From positions 96,001 through 160,000 of the IMG/VR virus record IMGVR_UViG_3300033067_001757: a DNA stretch of 64,000 nucleotides, one strand, 5' to 3'. The stretch is from a virus (Duplodnaviria; Caudoviricetes). Shown here piece by piece: positions 40,529-50,154 of the stretch. The translations under genes and the position numbers were made by a program. Each line of letters begins with the position of its first letter. Position 1 is the stretch's first letter. The notes below the pieces were generated by a model that ran no database searches, was not told where the DNA came from, and saw only the letters and a program-made list of their open reading frames with translations.

Positions 40529-42403
40529 TTAGTATGTCACAATCCTTCCTTGGATATCGTTGTTAGGAAATCTCACTTCAAAACAAGCAGGGTCAATACT
40601 GTTGTAAATTACACCCGACCTGGTAGCACCATCAATATCGTAAGCAAAATCACTGTAACCAGACTCAGCACCGTATTTGTTAATGATCTTCACTTTATTC
40701 ACACTCTGAACACCTTTAATTTTACCGATGATATTATATATTTCTGAAAGAATAATACGCTGCCCTATCTGCCAGTTATCGATTTTAAAATGATCTTTAA
40801 CAGCATCAAGACATAACGACAATACTTCCCTGGAGTTAAATGCTGGTAAAACTATGATCTCAAAATTGACACCAATGTTGATATAAAAAGCGTTTTTAAT
40901 ATTGATTGCATCATTGGATATACGATAGTATTTTATATAGGTTTTTATATTTTCCTTTATAGCCAAAGATGCATTTGTAAGCCTTTTGTTGACATCATAT
41001 GACAAAACATATAAGCTCAAGGCTAATGGATTATTGTCAATGAATCCGCTGTTATTTGATGCTATATCTTGTGTTATATAAGCCTTTGCCACAGTACCGA
41101 ACTTTGCCGGCATAGACAGAACCCTGATAACATGGTCTTCAGGTGTAACACTTCTCATTTGAGTTGGAAAACTTGCAACGATCTTATTCCTCAAATCCTC
41201 AATACTATCACCGTCTCCACCACCAGATGATGGTTTCTCATTATTGAATATTACTGTGTTCTTAATGTAATCCAATAAACCCTGATTCAATACACTCGGT
41301 GTTATTGATACAGTATTTACATTATACTCATATGGTTGAGAAATATCATTCGAAGGAACATTTGTTTCAACACCACCGCCTGATAAATATCTAATGGTTA
41401 GTGTTGTGTTTGACGGTGCAATACCATAATCTTTTGTATACAGAAAATTAGAAGGATCATACGCCTTATTCATCTTCGATATGCTATCAACGATTCCCAT
41501 ACCAACGTTATCTGAATTGGGAATAATAACCTCATCCGGATCAGTAACGACACCAGAACCAAATTCCAGGTTCAATTTATCAACAGCATCAAACCTTGCA
41601 ACAAATCTTCTTTGTACCTTCTGTAAACGAAGTATGTATGGTGTATCATTGTTGTAACGACTTAAAAAAGGATCATTAAGATGGTTATTGTGTACTTCTT
41701 CAAATATGGTACTCTGGGCCAGATATGGTACTTCATACCATTTGTTTCCATCACTATCTACGACATCGAGAATTTGAATTATCTTATTGTCCTGTAACGT
41801 TATCGAACTGAATTTCTTAGCATCTCCGAAAGTGAAATCTTCTGATTTTATTGTACCGGCAACAGCTTTAACCGTCTTCTTTAAAAGATAATACTCTGGT
41901 TGATCACCATTAATAGAATAAACAGAAATATCAGTGGGGTCTGCAGAAGAGGAAAAACTAAAATCAACCAGGTTCTGAGTAACAAAGATCACATTCGAAT
42001 TTGTCTTTGATTTTATTTTAGCTTCCTTCTCTACGATAAGACAATAACTATAATCAGGTGTTGATACGCTGGCGCTGATAAGTGCAGGTATTTGCTGATA
42101 TACATCGATGTCCACCACTGCTGTTGAAGTAACTTTAGGGAAATAACCATGAGCGTATGCCTCAGCTAATAAATTATTTTTCTCTTGAGCATATGCACTA
42201 AAATTCTCTTGTATATTCTTGTCGAGATAAAATGAGAGGTTATCACCTACTGCGGCTACATGTTCCATGAACATAGTACCGGGATCAGCTTCACCAAAAT
42301 CGTTATACGTAGTGGGAAAATATGTTTTTGTATACTCCCGTAACATAGACATGAATCCTGTAAAATCCCTCGATAAATATTTTATTTCTCTTTTATTTGT
42401 CAT
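40529..42403 (-). CDS. Baseplate wedge subunit, T4 gp6-like
   Basis: YLSRDF, LEFGSG, GGGDGDSIEDLR and QMRSVTPED motifs. Confidence 0.85.
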   Translation of the reverse strand: MTNKREIKYLSRDFTGFMSMLREYTKTYFPTTYNDFGEADPGTMFMEHVAAVGDNLSFYLDKNIQENFSAYAQEKNNLLAEAYAHGYFPKVTSTAVVDIDVYQQIPALISASVSTPDYSYCLIVEKEAKIKSKTNSNVIFVTQNLVDFSFSSSADPTDISVYSINGDQPEYYLLKKTVKAVAGTIKSEDFTFGDAKKFSSITLQDNKIIQILDVVDSDGNKWYEVPYLAQSTIFEEVHNNHLNDPFLSRYNNDTPYILRLQKVQRRFVARFDAVDKLNLEFGSGVVTDPDEVIIPNSDNVGMGIVDSISKMNKAYDPSNFLYTKDYGIAPSNTTLTIRYLSGGGVETNVPSNDISQPYEYNVNTVSITPSVLNQGLLDYIKNTVIFNNEKPSSGGGDGDSIEDLRNKIVASFPTQMRSVTPEDHVIRVLSMPAKFGTVAKAYITQDIASNNSGFIDNNPLALSLYVLSYDVNKRLTNASLAIKENIKTYIKYYRISNDAINIKNAFYINIGVNFEIIVLPAFNSREVLSLCLDAVKDHFKIDNWQIGQRIILSEIYNIIGKIKGVQSVNKVKIINKYGAESGYSDFAYDIDGATRSGVIYNSIDPACFEVRFPNNDIQGRIVTY

Positions 42404-42406
42404 TTA

Positions 42407-42808
42407 TTATACGAATTGGATTGTTACGGTGTCTTCTTTTTTGTTTATTGAATATGCAAGCTGTAAATTGATGGTATGACGATCATCATCTGTTAAAATA
42501 TCAAGCGTTGATATTTCAATCTGCGGAATATACCTTCTAATTCTATCACTGATAATATCTTTTAGTTGCTCTACCGATGTCATCTGTTCAAACAATGAAC
42601 GTTTCAAATCGGCACCGAATTCAGGATTAAATGGTCTTTCTCCACGATTGGTTAAAAGGAAATTTATAAGATTCGATTTAACCTGGTCCATGGTAGTATA
42701 TGTGGAATTAAAAACATTCGTCCCACTAAATGGTAATGAAATTCCGATACCGATGTTCGGCTTTAAATCATCAACCTTTATCTTATACTCTTGCCGGTTA
42801 CGAAACAT
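42407..42808 (-). CDS. Baseplate wedge / sheath initiator, gp25-like
   Basis: NLINFLLTNRGERPFNPEFGADL motif. Confidence 0.9.
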   Translation of the reverse strand: MFRNRQEYKIKVDDLKPNIGIGISLPFSGTNVFNSTYTTMDQVKSNLINFLLTNRGERPFNPEFGADLKRSLFEQMTSVEQLKDIISDRIRRYIPQIEISTLDILTDDDRHTINLQLAYSINKKEDTVTIQFV

Positions 42809-43221
42809 TATTCTCTTTCCAGTATTGCTTTATAAATATCTGATGACATATCGATATCAAATGGAACGTCTAAATTTTCAGGTAAAGTCCCATTCAAAGG
42901 ATCAACGGTGCCGATAGGTCTAACTACAGCTTTATGAGTATATGTACTTGAATCATGTTCATTTACTCTACTCTTCCTTATCGCATTAAAATCAACAGAA
43001 GGAGCCTGTTCTTTGATTACACGCTTCTCAGCTTTGTTAATGAATGTGTCTGATTGCGTAGGTGATAACCCTTCGGTAATCACTTTAGCCAACAGCAATT
43101 TTATCTCCCTAAGATCCTTTTTCAGCAATCCTGGTAATACTTCTTTAAGTGATTCTTTCACTTGTGTTTGAACGATTTCTTTAATCAGTTCTTTGAATAG
43201 ACTTAATTCTTGAGATGTCAT
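42808..43221 (-). CDS. Hypothetical protein
   Basis: 137 aa, late motif upstream. Confidence 0.6.
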   Translation of the reverse strand: MTSQELSLFKELIKEIVQTQVKESLKEVLPGLLKKDLREIKLLLAKVITEGLSPTQSDTFINKAEKRVIKEQAPSVDFNAIRKSRVNEHDSSTYTHKAVVRPIGTVDPLNGTLPENLDVPFDIDMSSDIYKAILERE

Positions 43222-43242
43222 GTTGTGTATATAAATATTAGA

Positions 43243-44148
43243 TTAAGATGTTTTATTCAGTATCGATTTCAACTCATCTATCAATTGTATAGATGTTGAA
43301 ACTATACTCGGTGCGGTTTGTTGTACTAGTTGGTTGGTTATCTTTTCGTATGCCCGGCCAATAAGTTTTCGAGTGTCAAACTTTTCAACTTTCAATAAAT
43401 AGCTTTTACCATCTTCAGAAAAGAAGTCCTCAGATACTGAATCATTTCCAGCGGATAGTAGATCCTGACTGATCATACTTTGTGCTTCGCTGTCTGAAAT
43501 ATTATTTCCGCTATTGCTTTCATCAGCGACTTTAACCTGCACTCTGAGATTATCAAAGCGACTGATTAATGATGCTAATGATGCTTGATTGGATGCCAAT
43601 TGGGTATCAACAATCTTAGCATATTGGGTAAGCATATCCTTTAAGAATACAATCTTGATACCTTTCTTGAAAACTTCAAACGCAGCTTTGGTGACAGGGT
43701 TAGTTGAGATCAAAACTTCCTGGATATCCAATACCTTTCTTAGAACTTTAATCGTTTCGTTGATTGTGTTCAGGGTATTTACACTGGATTGTAACAGATG
43801 TAAAGTAGTTGTTACCGAATCAATGTTTGATTGAATACGTTGCTGTTGCAGGCTTAATACGTTAATGTCTTCGGGTTTTACCGTGATGACTATATTGCTT
43901 CCAATAAGCTCTATTTTAGCCTTATTATCGCTTGATTTGGCGATATTATCAACCAGTTTGGTGATCTTAGTCTCAATATTGGTAGTAACGATATTAATCC
44001 GGGACAAAACCTTCTTAAGGGACGCTCCTATAGGATTTTGTAGTGTAGAGGTCACATTATCCGAAATATTGGTAACAACAGATGCTGGAGCATCATTGGT
44101 GCTCGATAAAGTGTTTTTTAAGCTATTTACGGTGTCCTGGGTCAACAT
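43243..44148 (-). CDS. Hypothetical coiled-coil protein
   Basis: 301-aa coupled ORF downstream of spike genes. Confidence 0.6.
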   Translation of the reverse strand: MLTQDTVNSLKNTLSSTNDAPASVVTNISDNVTSTLQNPIGASLKKVLSRINIVTTNIETKITKLVDNIAKSSDNKAKIELIGSNIVITVKPEDINVLSLQQQRIQSNIDSVTTTLHLLQSSVNTLNTINETIKVLRKVLDIQEVLISTNPVTKAAFEVFKKGIKIVFLKDMLTQYAKIVDTQLASNQASLASLISRFDNLRVQVKVADESNSGNNISDSEAQSMISQDLLSAGNDSVSEDFFSEDGKSYLLKVEKFDTRKLIGRAYEKITNQLVQQTAPSIVSTSIQLIDELKSILNKTS

Positions 44149-44603
44149 TACAATGAAAAAGTTACCTCTGATTTTATTTTACGAACATTCTTCTGGATAT
44201 TACTGATATCTAAGCCTAATTTTTGTGCTGCAGCAATGATCATAGGAAGATCAACTACACCAACACCCACTCCCACGGAACCACCAAGAGTTGATGAAAA
44301 AGATGACAGCGCAGTTAAAATTTGATTGAGGACATCTTCAGTAGATTGCCCTTTCGCGATTGGTTGTATATCACCTTTACTTGATAAACCAAGTTCAATT
44401 CTTGGAGAGTTTAGAATGAATACATTATCCTTAGTATTATTACCTTTAGTTCCTACGTTTATGTGAAAACTACCACCGGTAGAAAAACCGATAGTCTTAT
44501 TGGCCATAACATATACACCATCATTTTTAGCGTTTAACACCAAACGATCAGATGATAATATTACCTGGTTAGAATTAAACTTATTGAAATCTATAAAAGA
44601 CAT
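44148..44603 (-). CDS. Baseplate spike C-terminal (beta-helix-like) protein
   Basis: QVILSSDRLVLNAK...FILNSPRIELG...PIAKG pattern of gp5/gp45-like spikes. Confidence 0.55.
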   Translation of the reverse strand: MSFIDFNKFNSNQVILSSDRLVLNAKNDGVYVMANKTIGFSTGGSFHINVGTKGNNTKDNVFILNSPRIELGLSSKGDIQPIAKGQSTEDVLNQILTALSSFSSTLGGSVGVGVGVVDLPMIIAAAQKLGLDISNIQKNVRKIKSEVTFSL

Positions 44604-46244
44604 TTATACAATCAGTTTAATCGCTTTTTCATAACCTGCAGATTTAGCTAATATTGATTTCTCAGTTGGTGTTGAACCCCACCAGGATTTAATATAAAGT
44701 TTTGCAAACTCTTCCGATGTTTCTATTTTAGAGAATCCTTTTCTTGTTAAAGCATCTGACATAAAAAGAATACCGTCGTGTTCACTCGCAAACGCGGCAA
44801 ATGCCCTAACTCTCACTGAATCCTTTAATATATACTGTCCTACAAAAGAAATATTATTGGTACCCTTACCCCATCTTGCACCATCTGTTTGAACACCATA
44901 ATGGTTATAGTGACCACCAGTTATAAATCCACCACGAGCCTGCTCATTTATTGCAACTGCTAATACGCTTCTCGCTACGCTTAAATTGAACTTACCCTGT
45001 TTATACAACTCTGTAACAATACTTACATAGTCAGTAATTGATATTTTAGTTTGCTGATATGAAATAATCTGTAAATCTTTGTACTTACCATTTGCAATAC
45101 TCTTTTTTATATCGTCCATTTTTGCGTAAATTTTACCGGAACTATCCGTATTTGTTGATGTTGTTATATTAAATTCTGAATTGAGTCTGTCGGTTGGATT
45201 ATCTTCACCTATCAACACAACGTCTTCCGTTTCTTTGAAAAATTGATTCTCATTATCTGGGAGAAAGTCAATCTCTTCATTGATACTGGATGAACCAGTA
45301 ACAGGATTGACGTTAGATGTTTGATATGTAACAGGTGCCGCGTCAACTATTTGTTCAGAAGAGAAATCTTCAACGATAGAAATTTTATCGTTCTTCGGTT
45401 CTACATATTTCGATTTAGGTTTAGCATTAACCTGCTGATGATATGAATCAAAATTATTATTACCGGGAATGAAATTTATACTCTGTCCGGATAACATGTA
45501 TAATGATGATCCATCTTTGTCTATGTCCTCAAATACTGGCAACCATGCATCATCGGTGGTAACTTTCTGACCATTACGAATAATAAGCAATGGGTTGTTG
45601 TCAGCGCCGTCCCACGGTGTTTTCATTGTAGAATTGGATGATCCCATTCTTATCGAGTTACCTGTACGACCTTCGATTGTTCTGTCGCCGGGAGAATGAA
45701 TAAGCTTCCGAACCTGGCCAGTTTCTTTAAACCTTATACCTGTAGCTGAAGCATTTTTATCACCGGAATTATTGATAACACCTTGCTGAGAATTCTGGTA
45801 CGATTCGCGTTTCGCGAATTGCGAATTGTTGAACGTGTGATCAGGTACAGCGTTATGTTCAGGTGAATCCCAGGTAGAAACAATATCATCGTAGTAATAC
45901 GAAATCTTATAATTCGATTTTGGATCCTGATTCTGATAACTGGATGCCGGTACGATTCTCACCATCTCGTTTACAACAGGGAAAAATCTATCGTTAGACT
46001 TCAACGGTCTGGCTATTACCGGTGGCCCAGCTTGTAACATGTTGTTTAGAACTACCCGGCACTCAATCGTTCCAATAGCTTCATATCCACCATAACGGTC
46101 AAAACGCTCTTTATCACTGTCATCATATAACACAAATTCTACCCTGGCAACAAAGCTTTCTTTAAAATTTGGTTGGGATGGTGAGTAATTACCTGCTCTA
46201 TGCGAAACAATTGCCTGCGTTCCGGTTTTTATTGATGTTTCCAA
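44604..46244 (-). CDS. gp5-like baseplate hub/spike N-terminal protein with C-terminal lysozyme-like (GH73-like) domain
   Basis: FPVVNEMV OB-like segment and GDRTIEGRTGNSIRMGS. C-terminal AINEQ...NHYGVQ...RAFAAFAS. Confidence 0.55.
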   Translation of the reverse strand: METSIKTGTQAIVSHRAGNYSPSQPNFKESFVARVEFVLYDDSDKERFDRYGGYEAIGTIECRVVLNNMLQAGPPVIARPLKSNDRFFPVVNEMVRIVPASSYQNQDPKSNYKISYYYDDIVSTWDSPEHNAVPDHTFNNSQFAKRESYQNSQQGVINNSGDKNASATGIRFKETGQVRKLIHSPGDRTIEGRTGNSIRMGSSNSTMKTPWDGADNNPLLIIRNGQKVTTDDAWLPVFEDIDKDGSSLYMLSGQSINFIPGNNNFDSYHQQVNAKPKSKYVEPKNDKISIVEDFSSEQIVDAAPVTYQTSNVNPVTGSSSINEEIDFLPDNENQFFKETEDVVLIGEDNPTDRLNSEFNITTSTNTDSSGKIYAKMDDIKKSIANGKYKDLQIISYQQTKISITDYVSIVTELYKQGKFNLSVARSVLAVAINEQARGGFITGGHYNHYGVQTDGARWGKGTNNISFVGQYILKDSVRVRAFAAFASEHDGILFMSDALTRKGFSKIETSEEFAKLYIKSWWGSTPTEKSILAKSAGYEKAIKLIV

Positions 46245-46622
46245 TTAAGCTACTCCAATTGCTTTACCTGTTATCGCTGCATTTTCTGCAGAAAGTTGTT
46301 CTGATAATTTGAGAAGCTGATCACGCTCATCATCTGTCATATTGGTATCACCGGTTTCTTTACCGCGATCTAAACCTTTCTGGATGATTCCGACCATATC
46401 GATCAATAGTTTATCATTTTTGATACCGGATTCTACATATGAATGAACAAGTGGAGTAACCCTCAAACCATCATTGAGATTACCTGGTTGTATCAAGTTT
46501 CTGAGCTGCTCTATCATAGAGTTAAGCTGGGTCTCTTTGTTCTTGGTTCTTTCATAAATTTCCTTCAGTAGATCACTGTATTTCTTATTCCCAAAAACCT
46601 TTGTATCGAAATCGGTAGCCAT
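46245..46622 (-). CDS. Hypothetical helical protein
   Basis: 125 aa, late motif upstream. Confidence 0.6.
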   Translation of the reverse strand: MATDFDTKVFGNKKYSDLLKEIYERTKNKETQLNSMIEQLRNLIQPGNLNDGLRVTPLVHSYVESGIKNDKLLIDMVGIIQKGLDRGKETGDTNMTDDERDQLLKLSEQLSAENAAITGKAIGVA

Positions 46623-46634
46623 ATATATTCATTT

Positions 46635-47414
46635 CTAATAAATATCAATATCCTCGGTTATCAAAGCACCGTTTAGATAGTAAACCTTCAATTGTTGTTT
46701 AAAGACATCTTTAAAGACCTTAATGACCCTGGTGATATTAGGAGTGGTTTGATTAGTGATCTCGCGTAGAATGAGATATATGTGCTGTTTATTAAGAATA
46801 TCCAAACTCTCTCTCTTACTGAATATGTTCAGTATAGCGTGAACGATCTCCTGGTCTTTTTCCAATGGAAATAACTCGAGAATATTTTTAGTTATGTATC
46901 CACAAAAAGCTTCTACAAAATCAAATAGTTCAGCATCATCACCTGAATGTAAGATGTCAGAATAGACTTTTTTATCTTCATCCACATCGTCCAGAGGTGC
47001 TTTAGACTTAAGAGTCTTATAGTTTTTATTGTTATACTGAATGAGGTAACGCTTGGCTACGGTGCCAAAATACGAGTATGCTGCTCCTTTTTCCTGATCG
47101 TAGTTGTGTAGTTTCTCCAATAGAAAAACGTTCACTTCATGATTCAGATCAAGTAAATTGATCCCTTCCGTGTAGTAAAACTTGAAAGTATTTATCAGAT
47201 TCTCAGCCAGCTTAAAGAAGCTATGTTTGATTTTAGTTTCAAACAATATATTTCTACGGTCGATACAATCGCAAGTCTGGAACTCTACGATGGCGTCTTC
47301 TGTATCCTGATTAAAATAATTTCTACTCTGTTTTCTCTTGCGTTGTCTTAGTTTACCTGATTTGGTATAAATGTCTAGGTCGAGTACGGGTGTTTCTTTT
47401 TTCTTTCTTGGCAT
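46635..47414 (-). CDS. Phage late sigma factor, T4 gp55-like
   Basis: NYF...KLAENL...EKLHNYDQEKGAAYSYFGTVAKRY region-2 pattern. Start taken at MPRKKK (47414). Confidence 0.75.
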   Translation of the reverse strand: MPRKKKETPVLDLDIYTKSGKLRQRKRKQSRNYFNQDTEDAIVEFQTCDCIDRRNILFETKIKHSFFKLAENLINTFKFYYTEGINLLDLNHEVNVFLLEKLHNYDQEKGAAYSYFGTVAKRYLIQYNNKNYKTLKSKAPLDDVDEDKKVYSDILHSGDDAELFDFVEAFCGYITKNILELFPLEKDQEIVHAILNIFSKRESLDILNKQHIYLILREITNQTTPNITRVIKVFKDVFKQQLKVYYLNGALITEDIDIY

Positions 47415-47540
47415 TGATCCTTTCTTGTGATTCTTAAAATTGTGCTGTGTGTCATTTGCTTGTCTGTTGTATCTTCGTATTATTATCGAGATGCACACTT
47501 ATAATGTGCTGAAAAACAATCTTATAATTCTTCTGTTGGT

Positions 47541-47849
47541 CTATTTTGCAGCTTTTGCTGCACTCTTGTCCTGGTTGTAATTAATTGCATATCCGCTGAG
47601 TATTAATTGGATGTCGTTCATTTTCTTGAAATAAACTCCAATCTCATCGTCACTTTCGAAACCTGCACGTACTTTAGGATCCTTTAAAATCTCATCGCTT
47701 TCCTTGATGTACGTTGTGATCCTAGTTATGTAATCATCCTTAAATAGGATATCGTCTTCGTAGATTTCAACCTTTCTTAAAAGGTTTCTGATGATAAAGC
47801 CAGCCACTGCCAGCGCTGTGAATAGTACTGCTATAATTATAATTTCCAT
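47541..47849 (-). CDS. Membrane-anchored hypothetical protein
   Basis: N-terminal TM helix. Confidence 0.6.
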   Translation of the reverse strand: MEIIIIAVLFTALAVAGFIIRNLLRKVEIYEDDILFKDDYITRITTYIKESDEILKDPKVRAGFESDDEIGVYFKKMNDIQLILSGYAINYNQDKSAAKAAK

Positions 47850-47850
47850 A

Positions 47851-48627
47851 TTATACTGATAAGAATTTTTTTAGGAGTTTATTTGATGATTTGGGCTTAA
47901 CTGAAGCCCCTTCATTCAGTGGTTGTCTATCATTTTTAGGAACATCGGGTATAATTCTCTTTATATTCTGTTGAATAGGCTTTTTTAGCAGGTCTCCTTC
48001 GATTCTAGCGGCCATAAGGTCTCCCTGGTGGATTATGTAGGGAAGATTGCTACGCAGCTTGTATTCCTCTGAGAATGCTACATAATACCCCTTATTCCCT
48101 TCTTCGTATAAACCATCGTGCAATTTGATACCCAAATATTCGTTTTCGGTCAGATTGATACCGAGTGACTGCAAGATGAACAGACTACGGTCCTGTATCT
48201 TCATAAAACTGAGTAATGGGTTACTCTTGAACTTCTCTCCGCGGTTCTTCTTGTGCCATTCCGAATCCTGGTCAATATACATCTCATGTTCTTCTGATCC
48301 GAACTTACCGAGATCGTGGTTTATGGCTACCATAGCAAGTTCTTCATCTGTAAAATCGATTATAGCACCCATTTCAGACCATATATCCTTCACTTTGAAG
48401 GAACACTCATACACTTTTAAGATGTGAAAAATATAGCCTCCTAAAAATGCTGAATGATATGATGTTTTTGATGACGCCGGCATCATTGCTATCCTTTGTG
48501 CATACTTATCGTAAAAAGTATAAATCTTACACCATCTATTAGTATCGTCGTGAGTATCCGGTATAAAGTTTTTTAATATTTGCAAAAACTTCGTCCAATT
48601 TTCTTCTATCAGTTCCGCTGTCAACAT
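47851..48627 (-). CDS. HD-domain phosphohydrolase
   Basis: HSAF.GGY..H, NHDLGK, HDG, HQGD motifs. Confidence 0.85.
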   Translation of the reverse strand: MLTAELIEENWTKFLQILKNFIPDTHDDTNRWCKIYTFYDKYAQRIAMMPASSKTSYHSAFLGGYIFHILKVYECSFKVKDIWSEMGAIIDFTDEELAMVAINHDLGKFGSEEHEMYIDQDSEWHKKNRGEKFKSNPLLSFMKIQDRSLFILQSLGINLTENEYLGIKLHDGLYEEGNKGYYVAFSEEYKLRSNLPYIIHQGDLMAARIEGDLLKKPIQQNIKRIIPDVPKNDRQPLNEGASVKPKSSNKLLKKFLSV

Positions 48628-48633
48628 TTGTTA

Positions 48634-49518
48634 TTATTTTTTAGTTCGATGTATTACGGCAAGTTTTTCTATTCTTTCCATCATATTGCTATTTTTTTGC
48701 TTTAGTATATTATTACAGTATGATTTTAAATCCTCTATGTGATACAAAGAATGTTTGTATATAAAGATTCTCCCTTTAGTTGTATATCTTTTTTTCTTAC
48801 AACAGGCAGTAATTTGAGATGGATGAATTCCCAAATATTTACCAGCGTCAACAGCCGACTTCCACTCTTGTAAAATTTCACCAGTATTAGAAAGCATCAA
48901 CACTGAAATAGATCGATCATTTTGTATATTAATATGTCCTTTTTTAGAATTTATTTCTCGTTCAATCATTCTATCTGAACAGTGTTTTTTAATATCATCA
49001 ATAAGATTGAAATCTTTCTTATATAGCCATATAAAACCACCACCCGTCTTACTTCGATTAGAACAACTTTGATAAATACTAGCACTACTAATATTTAAAC
49101 TTCTGGTCGCTTCTCTTATACCATCCCAATGTTTTATTACTTTACCGACAGTAGAAATTTGTACGATTGCTATAGAATTTTTCCTTGCTATAGACTTTAA
49201 GGTTTTTGAATCATGTGAACCATTGCTACCGGGATACCGTATGTTCATCATTTTTATATCGCAATCTGTATATAATTCCCAATAAAGTATTTCGTAATCA
49301 TTTAAAGTTTTTTGATCTACATCATGAGGTAATTGATGTATGATATCAAATGAATGATTAGAAGCTCCGTGTTCAACTAAACTATTAAACAAAAACTTTT
49401 GTCGTTTACACCTCAACGTTGAGTACAAGTAAAATCGTCTTGATATATCAGTACTTTGTCCAATATATACTTTACCTGTAGGAGAAGTTACTTTATAAAT
49501 ACCTGTTATTTTAGGCAC
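48634..49518 (-). mobile_element. GIY-YIG homing endonuclease with two NUMOD1-like repeats
   Basis: GIYKVTSPTGKVYIGQS; GTG start. Confidence 0.85.
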
Positions 49519-49609
49519 CTATAAAACTTTCTTTTCTTAGAGATGATATAAAAGCATTGATATTGTCAGAGAACTTATTCCAGTTCCCTTTAATAAGGTC
49601 TTCAGTCAT
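49511..49609 (-). pseudogene. 32-codon remnant resembling the HD gene N-terminus
   Basis: MTEDLIKGNWNKFSDNINAFISSLRKESFIGA* versus HD start MLTAELIEENWTKFLQILKNFI. Confidence 0.6.
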
Positions 49610-49614
49610 ATTGG

Positions 49615-49846
49615 ATTAAATATTAAATTATTACTATATAATAGTATTAACTTTTACTATAAATTTATAATTAAGTATTACTATATTATTAAATTAATTT
49701 ATTATATATAAAATATTAAATACTATAAAAATAAATTAATATTATAATATATTTAGTAAATTAGTTATATAAGTATTTACTATTAATATTATATATTCAG
49801 TACTATATTATAGCCATCGCCCGTACCGGGCACCTACTATATTTAT
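49615..49846. other. AT-rich origin-like element with TACTAT repeats
   Basis: Near-pure A/T tract at the strand switch. TACTAT at 49632, 49655, 49679, 49721, 49778, 49801 and 49835; GC hairpin at 49819-49831. Confidence 0.45.
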
Positions 49847-49860
49847 TGTTAAGGACAATG

Positions 49861-49892
49861 CAAAATTAAGTAAAATATAGATAACTTCCAAA
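49861..49892 (-). promoter_or_regulatory. Bacteroidota sigma70-type promoter (leftward: HEG/HD/sigma operon)
   Basis: Minus strand TTTG-N20-TAATTTTG. Confidence 0.75.
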
Positions 49893-49930
49893 TTTATTTT
49901 TAATTAAGTTATATACTTCTACAAAATAAA

Positions 49931-49962
49931 TTTTATTAATTCAAAATTAAGTTCTACATTTG
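49931..49962 (+). promoter_or_regulatory. Bacteroidota sigma70-type promoter (rightward)
   Basis: TACATTTG -7 element at 49955-49962; TTTT/TTTA at the -33 position. Confidence 0.65.
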
Positions 49963-50154
49963 CAATTCAAATAACATAATATTTCAGACTTTCTTATAGA
50001 TCTTACTGGTCCCCGTAACGGGGAATTACCTAGTTTATCCCGGAAGAAAAAGAAGTCCATTAAAAAGAGCTCCGTAACGGAGCAAGGTAATGGAAAGCTT
50101 ACATCCAAGGATATTCAGAATTCTCTTAAACTCAGATTTACTAATCACAAATAT

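Noticed and set aside
2341-48427. Numerous plus-strand ORFs in the track overlapping minus-strand structural genes, and antisense ORFs in the right arm
   Set aside because: They are shadow frames of real genes, with no initiation motif or recognisable domain.
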